NCBI GenBank assembly: GCA_013239625.1
Contig: MU054204.1
Location: forward strand, 617,924-679,536
Length of the DNA: 61,613 bases
Reading direction: 5' to 3'
Origin: Lama guanicoe
Taxonomy: Eukaryota
The translations under genes were made by a program, and so were the position numbers. Below are positions 55,111 to 61,613 of the stretch, one piece after another. The notes below the pieces were generated by a model. It was not told where the DNA came from, made no database searches, and was given only the letters and a program-made list of their open reading frames with translations. The first letter of the stretch is position 1. Each line of letters starts with the position of its first letter.

Positions 55111-57747
55111 ATTTAACCCCAGGTCACAAAGATTTGCTCTTATGTTGATTTCTAAAGGTTTTATCGTTTTATGTTTTAATTTTGGATCTATGACTCGTTT
55201 TGAGTTAATTTTTGTATAATGAATGAGATTGAGGTGAAGGTTCATTCTTTAGGATATGGATGTCCAATTGTTTCAACACCATGCAGTGAAAAAGACTCCT
55301 TTTACCACTGAATTGTTTTTGCACCTTCCTCAAAAATCAAACAGCCATAGTTGTGTGGGTCTAATTCTGGACTCTCTACTCTGTTACATTGTTCTTTCTC
55401 TTCCCCAATAAACACACCATATTTATTACTTTATAGCAAGTCTGTAAATCAGGTGTTGTGATTCTTCCAACTTCAGTCTTTTTCAAAATTGTCCTAGCTA
55501 TTTGAGTTCATTTGCCCATGAAATTTTAGAATTACTTTGTCTATATCTACAAAAAAAAAAATCCTGCTGGGATTTTGACTGGTATTGAGTTAAATCTACA
55601 GGTCATTTGTGAAATGACATCTTTGTTCAGTTTACACTTCTATCCCATGAACACCATGTCTCTCAATTTACATGATTTCCACTTTGTAGTTTCCACCACA
55701 TAGATTTCGAAAATGTTTTTAGACGTATACCTAAGCATTTCATTTTGGGGAGCTACAATAAATGGTATTTTAATGTTTTAATTTCCTTGTACATTGTCAG
55801 GATACAGAACTGTGATTGATTTTTATGTGTTGATCTTGTGTTCTTTTACCTTGTTAAACAAGTGTTAGTTCTAGGATTTTTTTTTGGTAGATTCCCTGAT
55901 ATTTTCTACACATATAATCATGTCATCTGCCAAAGAAAGTTGACTTTATTTTTTCTTTTCCAACCTGTACTCTTCTAATTTCTTTTTCTTGTCTCATTGC
56001 ACTGCATAAAACTTCTAGTATAATGTTGAATAGGACTGATGAGAGTAGACATCCTTGCCTTGTTCCTAAACTTAGGGGGAAAGTATTCAGTCTTTCACCA
56101 TTAAACATGAATGTTACAGGTAGATTTTTGGAAACAATCTTTATCAGATTGAGAAAGTTTCTATCTGTTCCTAGTATGTTGATCATTTTTATCATGGATG
56201 AATGAATTTTGTCAAATGCTTTTTTACATGTCAATTGGTATGTGATTTTTCTTCTCTAAACTGCTAATATGATTGATTACATTAACTGATTTTCAAATAT
56301 TGACCCAGCTCTGCATTCCCAGGATGAACTTCATTTGTCTGAGTTGTACTGTTTCTGGACTGGATTTGTTAAAGTTCTTTGAGTCTATGTTTATAAGAGA
56401 TATCAATCTGTAATTTTCTTTTTTTATACTGTCTTTGCCTGGTTTGGGTTATATGGATAAAACTAGCCTCATAAAATGGGTTGAAAAGTATTCCCTCTTC
56501 TATTTTCTAGAAAGATAGTGCAGAATTGCTGTTAATTCTTTAAATGTTTGGTAGAATTCACCAGTGAAACCACATCATAATGGAGATTTCTTTGGGGGGA
56601 GGTTTTCAACTATGAATTCAATTTCTGTATTAGTTATAGGACTATTCAAGGTTATCTATTTTATCTTGGATGACATTTGATAGTTTAAAGTTTTCAAGGA
56701 ATTGGTCCATTTCATCTAAGTTGTCAATATTATGTGCATAGAGTACTTCTTAGTATTCCTCAATAGCCTTTTAATGAATATGAAGTCTGTAGTGATTTCC
56801 CCTTTTCCATATCTGATATTGATGATTTGAATCTTCTCTCACTTTTCTTGGTTTAGCTTGGCTAGAAATTTACCAAATGTACTGATCTTTTCAAAGAAGC
56901 AGTTTTGGATTTCATGGATTTTCTCTATTTTTTCTTCTGTTTTCAATTTCAATACGTCTTTCCTTGTGCTTGATTTTATTTCTAGTTTAAGGTAGGAGTC
57001 AAAGTTACTGATTTCTGATCTTTCCTGTTTTCTAATATGAGCATTTAATGCTATACATTCCCTCAAATCACTGCTTTTTGCTGTTTTCAACTAATTTTGA
57101 TATAGTGTATTTTCATTTTCATTCTGTTTAAAATATTTCTAATAACTCTTGGGACATCTCTTTGACCCAGGGATTATTTAGAAGTACATTAATTTCCAAG
57201 TGTTTGGAGATTTTACTATCATTTTTCTATTACTGATTTCTAGTTTAATTCCATTGTGATTGGAGAACATACTCTGTATGATTTCAATTATTTTTAACTG
57301 GTTAAGACTCGTTTTCTGACAAGCCTTATGGTCTTGTCAGATATGGTCTATCTTGGTGAACAGTCCATGTGCACTTGAGAGATTGTGTATTCCTGCTGTT
57401 GTTGGGTAGAATGTTCAATATCAGTTGGATTCAGTTAATTGATGGTGTTGTTCATTTCTTCAGTATCCTTTCTGATTTTGCCAGCTTGTTTCCATCAATT
57501 ACTGAAACTTTAATTACAGATTTTTTTCTATTTCTTCTCTCCGCTCTTTCAAGTTTTACATATTATATTTTGAACCTCTATTATTAGGAGCAAACACATT
57601 TAGAAATGTTAGATCTTCTGGGTGAATTGACACTTTTATCAGTATATAATGCTCTTCAATATATAATGTTCTTCAGAGCAATTTCTTTGCTCTGAAGTCC
57701 ACTTTGATGCTAATATAGCCACTCCAACTTTCTTTTCATTAGTTTTT

Positions 57748-58175
57748 CTTTCTTTTCTTTTAATTGAAGTATAGTTGATTTACAATGTTATATTACTTTC
57801 AGGTGTATAATATAGTGATTCAATATTTTTATAGCTTATACTCCATTAAAATTATAAAATATTGGCCATATCCTCTGTGCTATACAATATATTCTTATAG
57901 TTTATTTATTTTATACATGGTAGTTTGCACCTATTAACTCCCTACCCCTAGAGTGTCTCTCCATCCTTCCCTCTCCCCACTGGTAACCACTAGTTTCTCT
58001 ATACTTGTGAGTCTGTTTTTTATTATATTCACTAGTTTATTTTTTAGATTCCACATAATAGGTAATAACATATAGTAATTGTCTTTCTCTATTGTACTTA
58101 TTTCACTAAGCATAATGCCCTCCAGGCTCACCCTATGTTGTTGCAAATGGCAACATTTCATTCTTTTTTTAATGG
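57748..58175 (-). mobile_element. Younger L1 3' end nested in the old L1
   Basis: Perfect 16-bp TSD CTTTTCATTAGTTTTT at 57732-57747 and 58176-58191. Confidence 0.9.
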
Positions 58176-59950
58176 CTTTTCATTAGTTTTTGAATGATAT
58201 CTGTTTTCATTCTTTTGCTTTCAACCTATCTGTAATATTGTATTTGAAGTGAGTTTCTGTAGATGGCATATAGTCAGGTCATATTTTTAATCCATTCTGA
58301 CAATTTCTGGCTTTTCACTGTTGTCTTTGGACCATTTAATATAATTATTGATATCACTGGATTTAAGTTTGCCATTTTACTGTTTGTTTTCTGTGTGGTT
58401 CCTCTGAATTTTTTTTTCCTGTTTCCCTTTTCCTGCCTTCTTTTGGATTATATGAACATCTTTTAGTATACAATTTTAATTTATTTATTGTGACTTTGAC
58501 ATCTCTTTGTATAATTTTTTTAGTAGTTGCTCTAGAGATTACAAAACACAACTTTTCACAGAATATTTAGAATCGATATTTTACCACTTCAATTGCAGTG
58601 TAAAAGCCTTTCCAGCATTTTGGGCTCTTTACCCTCTCCACTGTATGCTATCATTGCCTTATGTATTACATTTACATACATTGAAAATCCCATCAGAAAT
58701 TGTTGTAATTTTCATTTTCAATCAAAACTCAAGAGAAGAAAAACAGTCTATTATATTTACCCACTTCTGTCTTCTTCATTTGTAATGTTCCAATTTCCCT
58801 TCAGGTATCATTTCACTTCTTTATGAAGAAATTCCTTTAGCAATTCTTTACCAGCAAGTCTGCTTACTATGAATTTTCTTAAGTTTTCTTTCATCTGAAA
58901 TTGTGTTTTCAATTTTGCCTTCATTCCTGAAGGATTTTTTTTTTTTTGCTGGATCCTCTGGATTGATAAATCTTTCAACCCTTGAAAAATTGTTGCTTCT
59001 TTCTGATAGTTTCTGATGATAAATCTGCAGTCATTCAAATCATCATTTCCCTATACATAATGCACCATTTCTCTCTGAATGCTTTCAAGATTTTTTCATT
59101 ATTATTCAGCAGGTTTCTTATGATGTATCTATCTGTCAGTTTCTTTTGGCTTATCCTGGTCGAGATTTACTCATTTTCTTGAATCTATAGGTTAGTGTCT
59201 TTCACCAAACTTGGGAATTTTTCAAGCCATTATTTCTTCAAAGATGTTTTTCAGCCCTGATGTCTTTCTTCTCTCCATCTAGGTCTCCAGTGGCATGACT
59301 GATAGACCTTTTATCATTGTCTTATGTGTCCTTAAGGCATTGTTTTTTTTTTCCTAATCTTTTTTCCTCTCTGTTGTTCATATTACATAATTTCTACTTA
59401 TCTACCTTCAAGTTTACTGACTCTTTCCTCTGACATCTCACCTCTGCTATTAAGCCCATCTAGTGGTTTTTTTTTATAATTCAGTTATTGTATTTTTTAA
59501 TTCTGAAGTTTCCACTTGGTTTCTACTTCTTTAGATCTTCTATTTAGCTGATTAGACTTTGTATCTTAACATTTGTTCCAAGAGTGTTTGAGTTGTTCAT
59601 TTGAGTTTTTAATAGTAGCTGATTTAAAGTCTTTGTCAGATAATTGCAACATTTGCATCCTCTTGTTATTGATATCTGTTGATTCTCTTTCACCATTCAA
59701 GTTGAGGTGTGTATGATTCTTTGTATGCCTGGTAATCCTGCAGTATATCCTGGAAATTTTGAATATAACATTATAAAATTCTGAGTCTTGCTTAAATTGT
59801 ATGGAAAACATTTATATTTTTGCCTTAGCAGTCAATCTGATTAGGTTCAGGCCACACATTCCCACCAGCCTTCCATGAGCTGATGGTCCACTGTCAGTTC
59901 AGTTTTCAAAGTTTTTACAGTGTTATTCAGATCTGTCTGGGTTGTGTGCA

Positions 59951-59985
59951 TGTGTGTGTGTGTGTGTGTGTGTACGTGTGTGTGT
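59951..59985. repeat. (TG)n microsatellite
   Basis: Visible tandem repeat. Confidence 0.9.
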
Positions 59986-60784
59986 TTAACTAACTAGTGG
60001 TCAGTGTGGAACCTAGATGGATGTCTATTATCTCAATTCTTTGGTATACTAATTAAGATCTGATCAACACAGGTGCAGATTAGTGGTGAGTATCCAAGAG
60101 CTCATTTAAAAAAAATTATAGGATCACTTCTCAGAATTCCTACCTCTCCTCATTCTCCCCAGTGCTACACAATTCCTGGGTCTTCCCTTTCTTCCAGTTG
60201 GAAATTGTTCACTTCTGCAGTTGTACCACATCTGGAGACAAGCAATGGGAGTACAGAAAGATATAAAAGCAACAGTGGGTGGCTCTGGCTCTCTCGTGGC
60301 CACAGCTCCATCAAACAGAGACTAAGGGTTCTTCTCTCCAAGAGTCTGAGTTCCTGAAGGCTCTTACTGCTGCCATTGTTGCTGCCACTGCATGACTGCC
60401 TTGGGGTTGGGATGTAAGAAAAGAGGAATAAAGGAAAAAAATGGGGCATGTCCCCACTCTCTCATTTGTCATGCAAGAATTAGAGGGCTTCTCCTGGAGT
60501 TCTCTGCCTGTACTACAGGACTCACTTCCAGGTTCCCAAATGCATTAAGTTCAGGGCTGGGAACGGGGTGGGAGGAGAGGGAAACTCACCATTGGTTTGT
60601 TGGCTCCTCAAATTCAGGTGTGGTGTTCTTCAATCTTCCTTTAGCTATTTACTTTTCAGAATTCTCAAATAGCTGTGCCATGACTTCTGTCCAGGTTTTA
60701 TGATTGTGCTCAGTGATGGACAAAGAGTAACAAAGTACTTAACCATCTTACCCAGAACTGTAATCGAGAACTGAATTTTAAATA

Positions 60785-60965
60785 AATCACTCTGGTGGTT
60801 ATACGGAGGGTGAATTTCACAGGGAAAAGATTGAAGATAGGGAGACCAGTTAGAAAAGTACTATAGTAATCCAGAAAATAGATGAAATCTCAAACCTGGG
60901 CAGTGGTAGTAGAAATTATGATGAGAATGCCAATTTAAGAAATATTTGGGAGGTAAAATTGATGA
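60785..60965 (-). mobile_element. L2 fragment
   Basis: agggagaccagttagaa..gtaatccag..ggcagtggtagtagaa..aatatttgggaggtaaaat. Confidence 0.65.
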
Positions 60966-61034
60966 CTTAATGAAGTTGCCTTCTTACAAAGTCATAACTG
61001 AAACATGGAAGAAAGGAATTGAAAGTGATCAAGA

Positions 61035-61613
61035 CTATAAACAAGTTAACCCACCACCTGAATGAATTAGAAAAAGAAGAACAAAAATCCCCAAAAAGCA
61101 GTAGAAGGAAGGAAATAATAAAGATCAGAGAGGAATTAAATACAATAGAGATTAACAAAACCATAGAAAAAATCAACCGAACCAAAAGCTGATTTTTTGA
61201 AAAAGTAAATAAAATCGACAAACCTCTGGCCAAACTCACAAAGAAGAAAAAAGAGAGACCAGAAATTAGCCAAATAAGAAAGGAAAATGGAGAAATTACA
61301 ACAAACAAAATAGAAATACAGATTATCACACAAGGATATTATGAAAAACTATATGGAACCAAACTGGATAACCTAGAGGAGATGGACAAGTTTCTGGAAA
61401 CATACTGTCCACCAAAACTGAATCAAGAAGAAACTGAACACTTGAACAATCCGATCACTAGAAAGGAAATAGAAATAGCAATTAAATCCAGATGATAGGA
61501 GGGAATACTCCCAAACCCATTCTATGAAGCCACCATCACCCTGATACCAAAACCAGGCAAAGACACTACAAAAAAAAGAGAATTATAGGCCAATATCACT
61601 GATGAAATGAACA
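61035..61613 (+). mobile_element. Relatively young L1 ORF2 fragment running off the window end
   Basis: [62 protein letters not shown]; has a stop codon and an internal deletion. Confidence 0.9.

Larger units (their letters stand above)
53150..60760 (-). mobile_element. Ancient, near full-length L1M element with nested insertions
   Basis: 3' UTR at ~53150, ORF2 peptide GTRQGCLLSSVLFNIILEVL, ORF1-like region ~58800-59800, and 5'-end-like ccatcttacccagaa near 60743. Confidence 0.8.

Noticed and set aside
60967..61333. Hydrophobic 120-aa membrane-protein-like ORF
   Set aside because: It is the antisense reading of A-rich L1 ORF2.
52270..61613. Exons of a neighbouring gene downstream of DGKK
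   Set aside because: No exon-like coding sequence recognised; the region is almost entirely repeats.

Overview
Mammalian genomic DNA, most likely camelid (three tRNA-Ala-derived vic-1-type SINEs), carrying the 3' part of the diacylglycerol kinase kappa gene (DGKK, X-linked in eutherians) on the + strand. I traced 21 coding exons from 9691 to the stop at 48677. All have GT-AG introns with matching phases and join into an uninterrupted 831-aa frame. That frame covers the end of the second C1 domain, a split catalytic domain ([27 protein letters not shown]), no SAM domain, and a C-terminal SQL. A probable 3' UTR of about 3.6 kb ends near AATAAA signals at 52214 and 52242. The rest is largely nested LINE-1, with L2, MIR, CR1/L3, MER5/MER20/MER63, an MLT1 LTR and microsatellites. 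I do not see a new biological system. The most notable observations are a full-length U6 snRNA copy fused to a long L1 inside ORF1, two L1 insertions with apparent 3' transductions, and a fold-back L1 3' end. Also notable are a composite L1 with tandem promoter monomers, a ~250-bp duplication shared by two introns, a 45-bp templated-looking filler at a SINE junction, and a possible in-frame alternative terminal exon in the 3' UTR. Repeat family names are from recognition by eye and their boundaries are approximate.
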